A DNA stretch of 62,674 nt, filler included, from Chiloscyllium plagiosum (taxonomy: Eukaryota): NCBI RefSeq assembly GCF_004010195.1. It is 4 parts of one record of this genome, joined end to end, with 100 filler letters (N's around TTAATTAATTAA, not from the genome) between each part and the next. Parts side by side here need not be neighbours in the genome. Positions count along the whole stretch, not along the records: positions 1 to 25,403 come from NC_057714.1; positions 25,504 to 38,076 come from NC_057714.1; 2 more parts are not named here. One strand, 5' to 3'. Position 1 is the first letter of the stretch. Every line of letters begins with the position of its first letter. The notes beneath the pieces were generated by a model that saw only the letters and a list, made by a program, of their open reading frames with translations, had not been told where the DNA came from and did no database searches. Made by a program: the position numbers and the translations under genes. Positions 12,279-25,637 of this stretch are shown one piece after another.

Positions 12279-13689
12279 TAGGTCACTCTGCTATAGTGCT
12301 CGTTTTGCCAATTCGGTTTATCAATTGATTGGTAAATTGGGGAACAGTTTTTGTAAAACATGAACTTCCCTTGCCTATGATGTGATTCCATCCCTGGTAC
12401 CTTCAGTCCACTCTTGGTGTTTAGTTCAGGTCAAGCAAGGGAGGTTGGATGATGGAGCAAATTTTTTCTAACCTTACTGTTGGCATTTTTGAGGATGTTT
12501 TTAGAAATTATTGCAGGAGAAAAGATTTGGATTGCAAGATTGTTCTCGTTCTGGACAATGCACCAAGCCATCCTCCTGCCATTGGTGAGCTTTCTGAAAA
12601 ACATCAAAGTGCTATTTCTACCTCCAAACGCAACCTCTCTCATTCAACCCAAGGACCAGGGTGGAATGGCACCTTTTAAAGCTTATTATTTAAGGCACAT
12701 ATTCATGAGCTGATTGCAGGTACTGAAGGGGTTAATGAGGACAGTGTTCTTGAATTTTGGAAGAGCTTTAACATTAAGAATGCTACTGACATCAGTGTGG
12801 AGGCCTGGGGTGATGTCAGTAAAAACTGCTGACATGCGGTTTGGTGGAAGCTTCTCCCAGATTTTCTTCATGGTTTTAAAGGGGTTGAACCGTCAGAGGA
12901 GCTTCCAGCAATCAAAGAATATTGTGTTGTTCTTGCAAAGCCGTTGGATTTGAAGAAGTGGGGACTGATAATGTTGAGGAGCTGCTCGAGTCCCAGTGTG
13001 AAGAACTCTCCAGAACTGATTGACAACAACTTGTTGCTGTGGAGGAGCCTGAAGCTCGAGACGAAGATGGTGAAGTCTAGGATGCAGCACTAACGAGAGC
13101 TTTCCACTTCTGTTTTGTCCTGAGGGAAGTTGAGAAGCAGTGAGCAGCTCTTAGAAGACAGTGACAACAATGAAGAATGCAGCAGGAAGGCGGTTTGTGG
13201 CATAATGTCTTATCTGGCACCCTACCCTATGAACAGCTCCTTCATGGAAGAAGAAAGATAGCAAGGAAGCAAAAAGTAGATGCCGTTTTTAAGCCAAGTC
13301 CCAATAAACAGTCTGAGGACAATGAACTACAGCCATCAATTTCTGGACTAAATATTTTCTTACTAAGAACCCTGTGCGCAGAACCGCGCCTCAAAGTGAT
13401 GATGATGACGACCCTCAGCCCCTGTGTTAATACAGTACTGTAACCCAGCAAACTCAGAAACCCTTTAAAGTGTTAAATTTATTGTGTTATTTCATTAAAA
13501 TATATGATTTTAACATTTACTTAGACTGTGCCATTGTTTGTGTTAAGCTAACTACTAATTTTGTTTTGATTTTTGGTGGTCTGCCCCAGCCCTGTTTTCT
13601 CCCTCAGACCCTGTTATTTTTATTGCCCAACTTTCTATAACACGCGGTCACACGAAAATGCACCTACTGCTTTATAGCAGAATAGTCTG
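12279..13689 (+). mobile_element. Decayed pogo/Tigger DNA transposon (internally deleted)
   Basis: DDE transposase motifs KIVLVLDNAPSHP and VLFLPPNATSLIQPKDQG..PFKAYYLR in shifted frames. Imperfect terminal inverted repeats share TCTGCTATA and are flanked by TA. Confidence 0.8.
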
Positions 13690-14295
13690 TAATGTGGCAG
13701 AGCAGTTAGAAAAATCTTCATGTGCTCACAAAAACATTGTTTCTCATGAGCAGATCAAGACTCCTGTTATCACCCTGACCGGTTCTGGCCTACATGTGTC
13801 CCCACTGCAAAGTGATTGACACTTAATTGCCCTCTGAACAGTTAGAGATGTGAAATAAATGCTGGCTCTTCATAAATGCTGCCTGACCTGCTGTGATTTC
13901 CAGCATTTTTTGTTTTCAGTCATATTATAACAAGTGTTTAGTTATTGCTCTCTCAGAATATAGAGTGAAAATTATCCCAAGTCTTTCTTTTATCAGCAAT
14001 TGAATGAAGATCTTCTAGTGAAATGGAGTTTCCTTTATAATAAATACTGTCAACTCTAGGAGCTGATAGGTTTGTACTTTTAGTACCTAGGTGTTTCATC
14101 CATCTCTCTTTCATTAGCTGTTGCCATTTAGAATATGGAATAAAACTCTATATTAACCCTGCCACAATAATTGCTGTAGGCTTACAAGAGCTATTGAATC
14201 TTCATTTCTCACGATACTATCCCCTTCACATTTGGTGTTAGAACAGTCCAGAGCTGGGTGAGGAGACTGATCTGTGAGAATCCTAACTAAATTAA

Positions 14296-14625
14296 GCGGC
14301 ACAGTGGCTCAGTAGTTTGTACTGCTGCCTCACAGCACCAGGGACTTAGGTTTGATTCCAGCCTCGGGTGACTGTGTGGAGTTTGCACATTCTCCCCGTG
14401 TCTGCGTGGGTTTCCTCCGGGTGCTCTGGTTTACCCCCAAAATCCAAAGATGTGCAGGTCAGGTGAACTGGCCATGCTAAATTGCCCATAGTGTTCAGGG
14501 ATGCCTGGGTTAGGTGCATTAGTCAGGGGTAAACGTTAGGGGAATGGGTCTGGGTGGGTTACTCTTCGGAGGGTCGGTGTGGACTTGTTGGGCCGAAGGG
14601 CCTGTTTCCACACTGTAGGGATTCT
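14296..14625 (+). mobile_element. HE1-type V-SINE, full length
   Basis: tRNA-like head (GGCACAGTGGCTCAGT...GGTTTGATTCC), V-domain and CR1-type tail. Confidence 0.9.
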
Positions 14626-15524
14626 ATCAACTTACCTTCATCTTTGATGGTGTCCTTCAGCCAGTTAACCTGATGCAAATGGAAGCTCAGTTCAGGATGA
14701 GAGGGTTGAGTTTTCTGAAGGTGTAGAGCATCCAGGAGAGCTTGAGTTTTTTTTTTAACACCATAAAGTCAAACTTTCAGAAGCACGTCCTCCCTCCTGT
14801 CTCCAAACTGATCCGAGCTCCAACACTGACAGACCAGTTTGCCACTAGGTGCTGTGCTTGAGTCTGGGAGTGTTCTTCAGTCAGTTGGACCCCATGTGTG
14901 ACCACACCAGAGCGCTCTTCACCAAACGGACAGTTCAGCCCATAGGAGGGAGACTCCAGTGTCATGGTTGGACTTGGATGATACCAGTACACAGCAGCAT
15001 GAGGGGACATGAGTGCTCTTTCATGGACATATCTCAGAATAAGCTGTGTTGTGCACAGTTTTCACCAAAAGAAGAAGGGTGTGTGTGTGTGTGTCGGGGT
15101 GGTGCAGTGGCGGGATGAGAGAGATTCTTTTTATTTAGATTCCCAAGAGCTTTGTGTGGTCTGTGACAATCAAAAGCACTTTCCCATGGGTTGGCCTTCA
15201 GCTGAAGTTGCTAATATAAACATTACCTCAGTATTGGATAATTTAGGTTTGTTCCACCAACGAAGCAGCAGTGCTAAATACACACCCACCATACTCAACC
15301 TTCAATCGGAGAACAGCAGTGAATAAATAGGACCCAGTCTCCTAAGCTACGAAGGCTGGATTGCTGCGAGATGACCTCAAAACTCAGGCTGTGGTATGAA
15401 TAGCCCTGGGCAACAGGCCATTTGGTCCAGAAGGTGTATATCAGTTTTTATGCGGTAAAGGAATCTCTGACCACCTTACTTCAGCCATCAGATGATGCTT
15501 CTGTTCTTTACTCCGCAATTTGAT

Positions 15525-16612
15525 TTCAGATAGTCAACATAGTTTCGTCAGGGGCAGGTCGTGTCTCACAAACCTCAATGAGTTTTTTTGAGAAGGTGAC
15601 CAAGCATGTAGATGAGGGCAGGGGAGTTGATGTGGTGTACATGGACTTCAGTAAAGCCTTTGAAAAGGTTCCACATGGTAGGCTGTTGGAGAAAATGCAA
15701 AGGCATGGAATTGAGAGTGACTTAGCAGTTTGGATTAGGAACTGGCTTTCTGAAAGAAGGCAGCGAGTGGTGGTTGATGGAAAATATTGGAATGTGTTTT
15801 TTAGCCTTGCTCTGCTGTTCACATGAATGTTTATATCTGGAAAAGAGTATATCAGCTGGAAAAGTCTCCAGTTCGGTGAGTCTGCTCCGGGGTTACGTTT
15901 AACCGCCGAGCGTGGGTTGTTGGCAACCGCTCTACGAGAACTGACGGCTCCCAGTTCCGGTAACATGTAGAGTGAGTATAAGCCAGACCCGTTGTAAGTA
16001 TGAGACCTGGTTGTGGCGACGCTGCGGGGAATAAAATGCTCATATTCTAGCAGACTCGCTTCTTGGTCGTTTGTTCTGTGTCAGACTACTCTCCTACGAA
16101 CCTGACCTTGAGAATTTTTTAAAACAGATCTTAAAGTCCATGTACATAGATTCCTGAAAGTTGCCATCCGGTTGATAGTACTGTTAAGAAGGCATACGGT
16201 GTGTTAGGTTTCATTGGTAGAAGGATTGAGTTCCGGAACTGCAATATCATGCTGCAATTATACAAAACGCTGGTAGGGCCACACTTGGAATATTGTGTAC
16301 AGTTCTGGTTGCAGGGTAGACAGTGAAAGTATTTTTCATAGGATGGTGACGTCAGCGTGTACGAGGGGGCATAACTACAAATGGAGGGGTGATAGACTTA
16401 AGACAGATGTCAGAGGCAGGTTCTTTATGCAGAGAGTAGTAAGGGTGTGGAATGCCCTGCCTTTCAATGTAGTTAACTCAGCCACATTCGGGAGATTTAA
16501 ACAATCCTTGGATAAGCACATGAATGACGATGGGCTAGTGTAGGGGGATGGGCTGAGAATAGTTCACAGGTCAGCGCAACATCGAGGACCGAAGGGCCTG
16601 TTCTGCGCTGTT
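15525..16612 (+). mobile_element. CR1 RT fragment interrupted by an unrelated ~340-bp segment
   Basis: FFEKVTKHVDEGRGVDVVYMDFSKAFEKVPH...RQRVVVDG; CR1 resumes at ~16127. Confidence 0.85.
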
Positions 16613-16915
16613 GTATGTAGAGCTTCCGCCTGGATGCATTAATTGAATATATTCCAGATAGGAATCTAACAATTGCGATCAGTGACATCAAAGGATATGG
16701 AGTGTGTGTGTGTGAAGGTAGATGGTCTATGAGATAGATTATCTAGAGTGGTGGAGCACATCTGTTAGACTGAAAAGCCTACACCAGCAGTTTGATTCCC
16801 TTCGGGGAGGTGATGATCTAGTGGTATTATCACTGGAACTGTTAATCATGGGGAACCTGGGTTTGAATCCCACCGTGGCAGATGGTGGAATTTGTTTTCA
16901 GTAAAAAAAGTCTGA

Positions 16916-19900
16916 GATCCAAGATGGCAGTGGTCCAAGAGGTCTGCTGTGCCCTGCTCTGTGCCATACCCCGGCCAAGGTGCCCCCCCCCCCACCACCA
17001 CCCCGAGGAGAAAATTGATAATATAGTCTAGAGTTTCTAAAACTGTGATTTGAAAGCTCTAAGATCAAAATGAAGTTGGCCAAAGGAAAAGGGGCAAAAA
17101 GAGTACAGCAGGCAGGCCGCTCCCCTACTGTGTTGGGGTACCCGCAGCCATTGCTCAAACACCCGAGGCTAAACTCCGAGAAAGATCAAGGCAGCGCTGG
17201 AGCCAATCTCTGCCATGTTAAAGAAGCATGAGCAGAAGATCCAAATGCTGGACTGATGAGTGGAAGTGGTCGAACAGAGGACCGCAGCTTTGGAGACCAC
17301 GGTGGGGGTCTCAATAGGACGGCTCAGGAGGCTGGAAGACCAGGTTTGGATCCACCAAGAACAAGTGGATGACCTTGAAAATAAAAGCAGAAGGAAAAGC
17401 TTATAGCTCGTGGGTCTCCCGGAGCATGAGGCCTTATAGATTCTGTACTGCCTTGGTGTAAAACCTGATTTACTTAACATTTCGATCGGTTGGTTATTGT
17501 TTGGGTTTTTTTTTGGCTGTTCCTTTCTGGATTGGGGTCGCTATATCTGTGGTTAAGATGTATGGAGAAGAGAGGGTGAGGGTGAGTGTCCATTGTTAAG
17601 TCTCAGTAATATAAATAACAACATGTTCTCTTTGTCTGTGAATTGCCTGGGACTGGAGCATGTCCTCAACTGGAAGGAGCCAGGATGGTTGCAAGGATAG
17701 GGAGGATTGCCCCAATGGGCAAGGGGGAAGATCTCTCGTGAATTTAGGTGTTTCTTTAATTTAAATGTAATGGTTAGTTTTTTGGTTTTCATAGGAGTAG
17801 TTTTTAGTTTTTCTGGTGTTAATGTTTTTTCGCTCACTGCACCTCAGATCGGCTTCCTCCTCTTGGGAAATCAGTGGCCTGCCCTGGATGACCATAGGCA
17901 AAAGTGGGTACTGCAGATGCTGGAAATCAGAGTCTAGATTAGAGTCATACTGGAAAAGCACAGCATGTCAGGCAGCATCCGAGGAGCAGGAGAATTGGCG
18001 TTTTGGGTAAAAGCCATACTTACCTGGATGACCATGGCTCGTGATCTGTTTCGATGGTGCACCTGGAATGTAAAAGGGAGCCATTCTCCCATTAAAGGAA
18101 ATAAGGTGCTGTCAAGCTTTAGAAAGGAAAGGGTGGACATTGCCCTGCTGCAGGAGACACATTTAACTGATAAGGAACATCTGAAAATACAGCTGGGGGG
18201 TTATGACAGGGTATTCTTCTCCTCCTTTAGCTCTAAGAGTAGAGGAATGGCGAAACTGGTAAGAAAGAACCTCCCATTCCAGGTAATGGAGCAAATTAAG
18301 GACGAACATGGACGATTCATCATTCTTAAAGCTTTAATACATGGAGAAGACTATGGCGTCCTGAATGTTTATTGTCCCTCGGCGCATCCTCTTAAATTTC
18401 TAATTGATGCAGTTGCTAAATTAATGATTCTTGAGCTGCACCGTATGATCATAGGAGAGGATTTTCACCGCCTAATGGATCCTGGGGTAGACAGGATGCC
18501 AAGGGGCCCAGTCGGCACACCCATGATTGACATGTGTGAGGAGTTGGGATTGGTGGATGTGTGGAGGTATCTCCACCCTAATGAAAGAGACTTTACTTTT
18601 TAATCTAACCCACACAAGTGCCACATGCGAATTGACATGTTTTTTATGCTGTCGATCTGTTTGGACAGAACATTGGCATGCAAAATTAGGAATATAGCTG
18701 TCCCTGACCATGTGCCAGTGTGTTTAGATGTTAAAATAAAACGTGGCGAAACAGATGCACGGCACTGGCACCTGGGCCCACTCCTGTTAAGGAACAGCAA
18801 ATTTGTTGAGTACGTTACAAGAGAATTCAGGGCCTTCTGGGATGGCCCTGGGATGACTCTGGTACAGCCAGTAATCCATCGGTACATTGGGAGACCACGA
18901 AGGCATACTTATAAGGCCTGACCATTTCATATTCAATGGCTAGAAAGAGGCAGAGCGGGGAGCAGCAACGGATGCTGGAGGCCTGGCTGAAGCTATCTGA
19001 TGAAGCATATTATAATAGGCCGTTATTGGTCAAGCTGCAGTGGGTCACAGCTCTCTGGGCTGCTCTCATTGCACACACAGGTGGCAAGAAAAGAGGTCTC
19101 CTTTGCTAAACAAAGGTTGTTTGAATTTGGAGATAAGCCAGGCAGATATTTGGCTTACCTGGCTAGAAAGAAAAGTGCTTCGCAAGCCATTATATCTATC
19201 AGAGAGAGGGCTGGCAGTAACCCGTGAGTTGAAGAAGATCAATGTTAGATTTTGGGAATACTTTGCAGAGTTGTACTGGTCGGAGGGCGGTGAAGACAGT
19301 GCAGGGAGAATGCAGTCCTTTTTTGAGAACCTGGACTTCCCGGTGTAAACGCGGAACAGGCCTCCCTGTTAAATGTGCCTACGACAATACAAGAGGTGCA
19401 GGAGCAATAAAGCATTTCCAGGGTGGCAAAGCACCGGGGCCAGATAGATTCCTGAGTGAGTTTTATAAAGAATTCATAAATGTGTCAGTGGTGCCACTTT
19501 TGGGGATGTATAGCTGTTCGTATACACAGGATTGTCTTCTGCCTTCTGTTAGGGAGGCTAATACCTCCCTCATTTTAAAGAAGGGGAAAGACCCCGAAGA
19601 ATGTGCTTCATACAGACCCATTTCATTGCTGAATGTGGACTTTAAAATTCTGTCAAACGTGCTGACCTTGAGCTTGGGAAACGTATTTTCTGATATTATA
19701 AAAGAAGAACAGGCAGGTTTTATCAAGGGCTGTAGCTTTTCCAACATTATCAGGCTGGTACTGAACATAGTGCAGGTATGCCAGCAAAGATTGAATCTGG
19801 GTTTGGTGGTCTCCCTAGACGCAGAAAAGGTGTTTGACCGGGTAGAATGGCCGTCCCTGTTTGGGGTCCTCGAGCGTTTTAGTCTTCGGGGGAGCCTTTG

Positions 19901-22285
19901 CCAGATGGGTAGAGGTATAATTATCCTAAGGTGGCAGTCATCACTAACGGCACTCAGTCGGATAACTTTAATATTGGGAGAGGTAGGCAACAGGGGTGTC
20001 CTCTTTCACCGCTGTTATTTACCTTGGTAATTGAGCCGATAGCTGAGGCTATCAAGAGAGATCCTGAAATAGCGGCGCCAAGGATAGGAATGGGGGAGCA
20101 TAAGATCACCCGATATGCTGACGACATTCTTCTGTTTTTGGCCTATCTAGAGAAATCCATACCCCGATTAATTCAAAAAATTAATTTATTTGGCAATTCT
20201 TAGGGGTGCAGGATCAACTTTACAAAATTGGAAGCCGTGCTGGTGGGGGTGGGGGTTAGTGGAGGTGCCTGATCTGAAGGATGGAATGCAGTTCCTGTTT
20301 AGATGGTCGTCAAAGGTTTTGGAAATTTTTGTTACCCCTGTCTTCCACCAGCTGTATAAAGCTAACTAAGTACAATTACTGGAGAGGATAAAGCAGGATT
20401 TGCAGCAGTGAGGAGGGATTACCGTTATCACGGTTAGGCCGGATAGCCCTGATTAAAATGAATGTTCTTCCTCGCCTCACGGGACTAAGCAACACCTTCC
20501 ATTTTCGGTTAGATTCACACATGTATTGGGACACAATTTTAACCCTTTCACCACACACGGTTAGGCCGGATAGCCCTGATTAAAATGAATGTTCTTCCTC
20601 GCCTGTGGTATCCCATGAGAATGCTCCCGTTGTTGCTACCCAGACGAGTGTAATAGAGGCTCAATAATTGGCTTGGGTCCTTTTTTTGGTGCTGTAGGCT
20701 TTCCCAATTAAATTTACTAAATTTCAACTCCCGCAGGCTGGGGGCGGACCTTCCGGACTTGAAGAGATATCAAATAAGCGCCCCGTTAGCATATGTGGGT
20801 AACTGGGTTTGGGGAATTCGGGGTCAGTTTGGCTTGATGTTGAAGCCTCTCAATTGAGATGTCCCCTAGTTAATCTATTATTCATGGATATGATGAAATC
20901 CGTGATCGAGCAGTGTAAGAGCCCAATCAGTTTAAATACGGTGAAAGCTTGGAGGATAATGAGGCAAGACGAGGGCAATTGGTTTAAGACCTCACCGTTT
21001 ACCCCGTTGGTGGGATCCTCAGGATTTAAACCTGGGGCAATGGACTCTGGCTTTAAGCTATAGGAGGATAAGGGAATCTCTTGTCTGCGAGATTTATTTG
21101 AGGGGGGGGGATGTTAATGTAGTTTACCCAGCTAAGTCAGAAATATGGATTGCCTAATCGGGACCTTTTCCAGTACTTTTCAAGGTAAGGGATTATATCC
21201 AGAGGAGAACCACACTCCTGGCTCAGCCTTACAAGTCAGACAGAGAGAAGAGTGCTCCAGTGCACGGGTGCTCTTTCAGTTAGTACTTTGTATCATTTAC
21301 ATAAAGGGCGTACCTTAGGAGATGTGGAGGGGCTCTGTCGGAGTTGGAATTGAGAACTAAGAGAGGATATTTCATTGGAAACATGGGAAGATGTATGGGA
21401 AAATGTAAAGAAAATCTCAATATATAACAAAGCACAGGCCATGCAATTTTACACAGGGCTCATATGGTGCCAGAGAGGCTAGCTAAGTTCAAGAGAGGAA
21501 CATCTCCAGAGTGTCCCAAATGTAAAATAAGCATAGGCACTCTTACACATTGCTACTGGTCATGTTACAAGATACTGGAGTGCCATAGTAAAGGAGCTGA
21601 AGGAAATTCTGGGAATTTAAGTCACGGTGGATCGGTATTTCTTTTCCTGGGGTTGCCAAACTTGCCCTCTCTGGGGGAGCACGGGGGAAGAGGTTGTGTA
21701 ACCTTCTTACGCACTGTGAGAGGATGAACATTTTAATGAAGGACGTCGGAAAAACCCCAGGTCTTATGAGATGGCGCAGGCTGGCGATGGAGCATCTCCC
21801 CCCAGACTACCTCACAAATATGGTGCACCACAAAACGGAGCAGTTTTAGAAGACGTGGCAGCCCTTTCTAAATTATATAGACGCAGACGTACAGGCAATA
21901 TGAACCAGGGCTGTGGTATAGCAGCAGGAGTTGGATTGGGTGGCCTGTAGGGCCCTGTCAGGGGAATGCTGGGAAAATATGGGTACAATGACTGGTGCTT
22001 CCAGGGATGGGAGTTTCAGTGGAGGTGTGCTGAGTGAAAAATAGAATAAGATAATGTGATGTAATTTAATTTAATTTAACTTTAATTCAACTTAATTTAA
22101 CCTTTATTTAATTTGATTGTAGTTTAGTTTAAGTACATGCATTTGTTCTGGTAGAATAGTAGGCAATTATTAAGAGTATTGTGATATGACACTGTTACAC
22201 TACTTCTATCCTTTAGTATTCTGTTTTTTTTATACATACAGTTTTTGTAAAAGATTTGAAAAAGTTTTTCCTAAAAATATTCTTT
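16916..22285 (+). mobile_element. Near full-length, decayed L1-clade LINE (fish-type) with 10-bp TSD
   Basis: 5' CAAGATGGC; ORF1 remnant (DDLENKSRR); endonuclease (TWNVKG, LQETH); RT (YRPISLLNVD, QGCPLSPLLF, YADD); C-terminal CPKC..HCYWSC. TSD AAAAGTCTGA at 16906-16915 and 22286-22295 splits a SINE. Confidence 0.9.
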
Positions 22286-22470
22286 AAAAGTCTGAAATTA
22301 AGTTTAATGATATCTGTGAATTCATTGTTGATTGTCAGAAAGCCCCATCTGGTTCATTAATTCCCTTCAGGGAAGGCAACTGCCATCCTTACCTGGTCTG
22401 GCCGACATGTGACTCCAGACCCACAGCAATGCAGTTGATTCTCAACTGCCTGGTAGGCCATTAGGGATGG

Positions 22471-22965
22471 AGACGAAAAAAAACAGCAGATGCTGCAATC
22501 CGAAATAGACAGGTAGGAGGCTGGAAGGACACGGCAATCAGGCTTCATCAGGAGGTGGAGAAGTCGACATTTTGGGTGTAACCCTTGTTCAGGACTGGGG
22601 CTGGGTGTGGGGGGACTCACTGAGTGCACGTCTGAGGGAGGCAGAGAACATCATCAAAGTGGGCATCCTTTGAAGAGACTTTGCAGTAGAACAAACTTGG
22701 TTAGAGACAAAAAACTGCAGATGCTGGAATCCAAGTAGATAAACAGGAGGCTGGAGGAACACAGCAAGCCAGGCAGCATCAGGAGATGGAGAAGGTATAA
22801 CCCTCCTGCTTGTCTATTTTGGATTCCAGCATCTACAGTTTCTTTTTGTCTGTAACTAAGTTTGTTTCACCTCAAAGTCTCTTCAAAGGATGCCCACTCT
22901 GAAGAAATTCAGACGTGCACTCAGTCAGTCCCCCCACACCCACCCCCAGTCCTAAAGAAAGATAG
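22471..22965. mobile_element. PLE-derived fold-back insert
   Basis: Diverged inverted arms ~22591-22750 / 22802-22953; flanked by direct repeat TTAGGGATGG (22461-22470, 22966-22975). Confidence 0.65.
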
Positions 22966-23202
22966 TTAGGGATGGGCAGTAAATGTTGGCCTAGCCTAGC
23001 CAGCAAAACCCTCATCCCGGGAATGATTTTTTAAAAAAAATTCCAAAACTGTATCTATTATTTTTCTCCGCCACTGGATGAGGTAGTGAGTTGTATGTTC
23101 TGCTGAAATCCATTGTAAAGGTAATAGTGGTGAGTTATTTTTATGGTAATTTGGGGAGTCGGTGCTTGGTGGAAATGCTGTGTGTGGCCCATTTCATTAA
23201 AA

Positions 23203-23207
23203 CTCTT

Positions 23208-23246
<39 letters not shown>
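23203..23246 (+). repeat. (CT)n microsatellite forming the exon 3 polypyrimidine tract
   Basis: Directly visible, 10 nt upstream of the CAG acceptor. Confidence 0.9.
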
Positions 23247-23258
23247 GTTGTCAAACAG

Positions 23259-23707
23259 ATAAACAGTTCCTCGTTTTCTTCTTCAAGCAACTCAGGAAAA
23301 ACTCCACCGGCCGGTACCAGGAGTTCCCCTACGTGTCACTGTGTGGCCGTGAGCGTAACTTCCTGCGCTGTGATGACCTTCCTGTCGTCTTCACCCACCT
23401 GATCAAAGGAGACGGCTCGGAGCAGGAGCTGCTGTCCTACTGCGGGGGTGGGGACAAGCTGGCTGTGCCCTTTGAACCCCAGCGGTTGTTCATGCCGGAG
23501 AATGGCCGCGTCTATCACCCGGCCCCGGAGAGGTCAGGTGGCGTGGGGCTGGTCAAATCCTCCCTGGCCTTTGAGCTCAGCCCCCAGTTTGAGTACAGTG
23601 ACGGTGGACCTGACAGTGGCCCACCATCACATTTCCACTGGAACGGTCAGCGTTACAGACTGACCAACGAACTCTCCTCGATCATCACAGGTAGAAAACC
23701 AGCCTAG
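23259..23707 (+). CDS. C8orf82: C8orf82 coding exon 3 (terminal)
   Basis: (CT)n pyrimidine tract plus CAG acceptor; reads DKQFLVFFFKQLRKNSTGRYQEFPYVSLCGRERNFLRCDDLPVVFTHL...ENGRVYHPAPERSGGVGLVKSSLAFELS to TAG. Spliced CDS is 669 nt = 222 aa + stop. Confidence 0.95.
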
Positions 23708-24727
23708 CAGCAGCCTGGCTTTCCATGCTTATGATGGGGTTGTGTGCTGTCAATAACATCTAATCAGGGTCACAGTGGACTGTTGGAAAAACGAAATATT
23801 GTAATTATAAACCCCACCCTCCCCATACCCACTACATTGAAGGCTATGTGAAAGGAACTGTAACTGGCCAGCTGCTAGGGAAACTGTACATCTCTGCAAC
23901 CTGGAGGTAGAGGGCAATACAATTGCTGCTCAGCTCCCCATCCAAGCTGACTGTGATTTACTTGTCTTCTCACAGTTGAATTGTCAATAATCGACCAGGT
24001 AAGGTACCACGCAGCATTGCTTCTTTTCATAGAACAGTACAGGCCCTTCCACCCTTGAGGTTGTGCCGGCCTTTTATCCTAAATGTGCATTGGCTTGGAA
24101 ATCATTATTCCGAGAGCGTTGGTACAACAATATTTTCTCTCCCTATGCCATGCTCCCTATCCAGTTTGTATCTGCAGCCATTCCACCATCCTCTCAGAGA
24201 GAGGGAGAGAGCACATGCCCAGCAGTGTACTCACTACGGCTGAATGTCAGAGCAAAGCCTCCAGTGAACACTGCACATTTCCAATTTGACTGAGAGCCTG
24301 AGGTGGGGGGAAGAGAAGGAGCGGGGCTGTGGTTGAAAATCTTAACAAGTACCGAGCAGGGATTGAACCTGGGATCTGCTGCTGTTTGCAGCATGATGTG
24401 ACCTTCTGAATCTCAACACCAAATATCTTCAGCATTCCTTATGGGTTTGACTGTGGAGCCATTAAAATGCTTAGCATTGCAGGCGTGGGTGTGTTTCACT
24501 GAGACTGTCAACATGCATTTCTGTTGGAAGCCTCAGATTTGTGTATTCTGAAGAAAGAATTCAGTGTCACTGCACATTTCCAGTCACACGTGCTACTGTC
24601 TGTTTAAGTGCCAACTGACATCAGTCACTGAAAATGTCTGGTCATGCATGTAGCAGTCAGCAGGTGGAAGTACTTTATCACAATGCTCATTTCAACAGAA
24701 CTCTTGAATACTTCATTCTACCAATAC

Positions 24728-24733
24728 AATAAA
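24728..24733 (+). terminator. Putative polyadenylation signal of C8orf82
   Basis: AATAAA about 1 kb after the stop codon, followed by T-rich sequence and then repeat-derived DNA. Confidence 0.55.
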
Positions 24734-24924
24734 GAAAATTGTTTTAATATTGAATGCAGCACTAATTCTATTTACTCAGTGAAGCACGAAGCACGTTTTC
24801 TGTAAAATATTTATTGGTGAAAATGACAAGGAAATGTTCTTAACATTACGGGATTTAGGAACACAAGTTAGGAGCAGGAGTAGCCATTCGGCCCTTCAAG
24901 CCTGCTCTGCCATTCAATAATATA

Positions 24925-25403
24925 TGTCAGGTACAGACAGGATAGATCGAGTGAATCCTTAGAAGAGTGTTAAGAAAATAGGGGTATACTTAAGAGGGAA
25001 ATCAGGAGGGCAAAACGGGGACATGAGATAGCGTTGGCAAATAGAATTAAGAAGAATCCAAAGGGGTTTTACAAATACATTAAGGACAAAAGGGTAACTA
25101 GGGAGAGAATAGGGCCCCTCAAAGATCAGCAAGGCGGCCTTTGTGTGGAGCCTCAGAAAATTGGGGAGATACTATATGAATATTTTGCATCAGTATTTAC
25201 TGTGGAAAAGGATATGGAAGGTATAGACTTTAGGGAAATAGATGGTGACATCTTGCAAAATGTCCAGATTACAGAGGAGGAAGTGCTGGATGTCTTAACG
25301 GTTAAAAGTGGATAAATCCCCAGGACCTGATCAGGTGTACCCGAGAACTCTTTGGGAAACTAGAGAAGTGATTGCTCGGCCTCTTGCTGAGATATTTGTA
25401 TCA
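24925..25403 (+). mobile_element. CR1 ORF2 fragment
   Basis: IKKNPKGFYKYIKDKRVTRERIGPLKD...EYFASVFT...KSPGPD. Confidence 0.85.
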
Positions 25404-25637
25404 NNNNNNNNNNNNNNNNNNNNNNNNNNNNNNNNNNNNNNNNNNNNTTAATTAATTAANNNNNNNNNNNNNNNNNNNNNNNNNNNNNNNNNNNNNNNNN
25501 NNNCTGTTATCTCACTTTTTAGATTAGAATCAGTCTAAACATCATGGCATAGACAGAGAACACAGGGGGCTAACACCTTCAACATATTGTCTAGCTAACA
25601 TCAATTGTTACAGCTAACCTGAGAATGCAACTTTTTA

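Noticed and set aside
14296..14370. tRNA-like A/B boxes (here and in other SINE heads)
   Set aside because: They are heads of tRNA-derived SINEs followed by V-domain and LINE tail, not tRNA genes.
18016..18027. ATACTTACCTGG, identical to the U1 snRNA 5' end
   Set aside because: Only 12 nt, partly formed by a target-site duplication junction; no further U1 sequence or snRNA promoter.
25404..25503. TTAATTAATTAA palindrome embedded in N runs (also 38121-38132 and 59014-59025)
   Set aside because: Identical motif in the middle of fixed 100-base gaps: an assembly/scaffolding linker, not biology.
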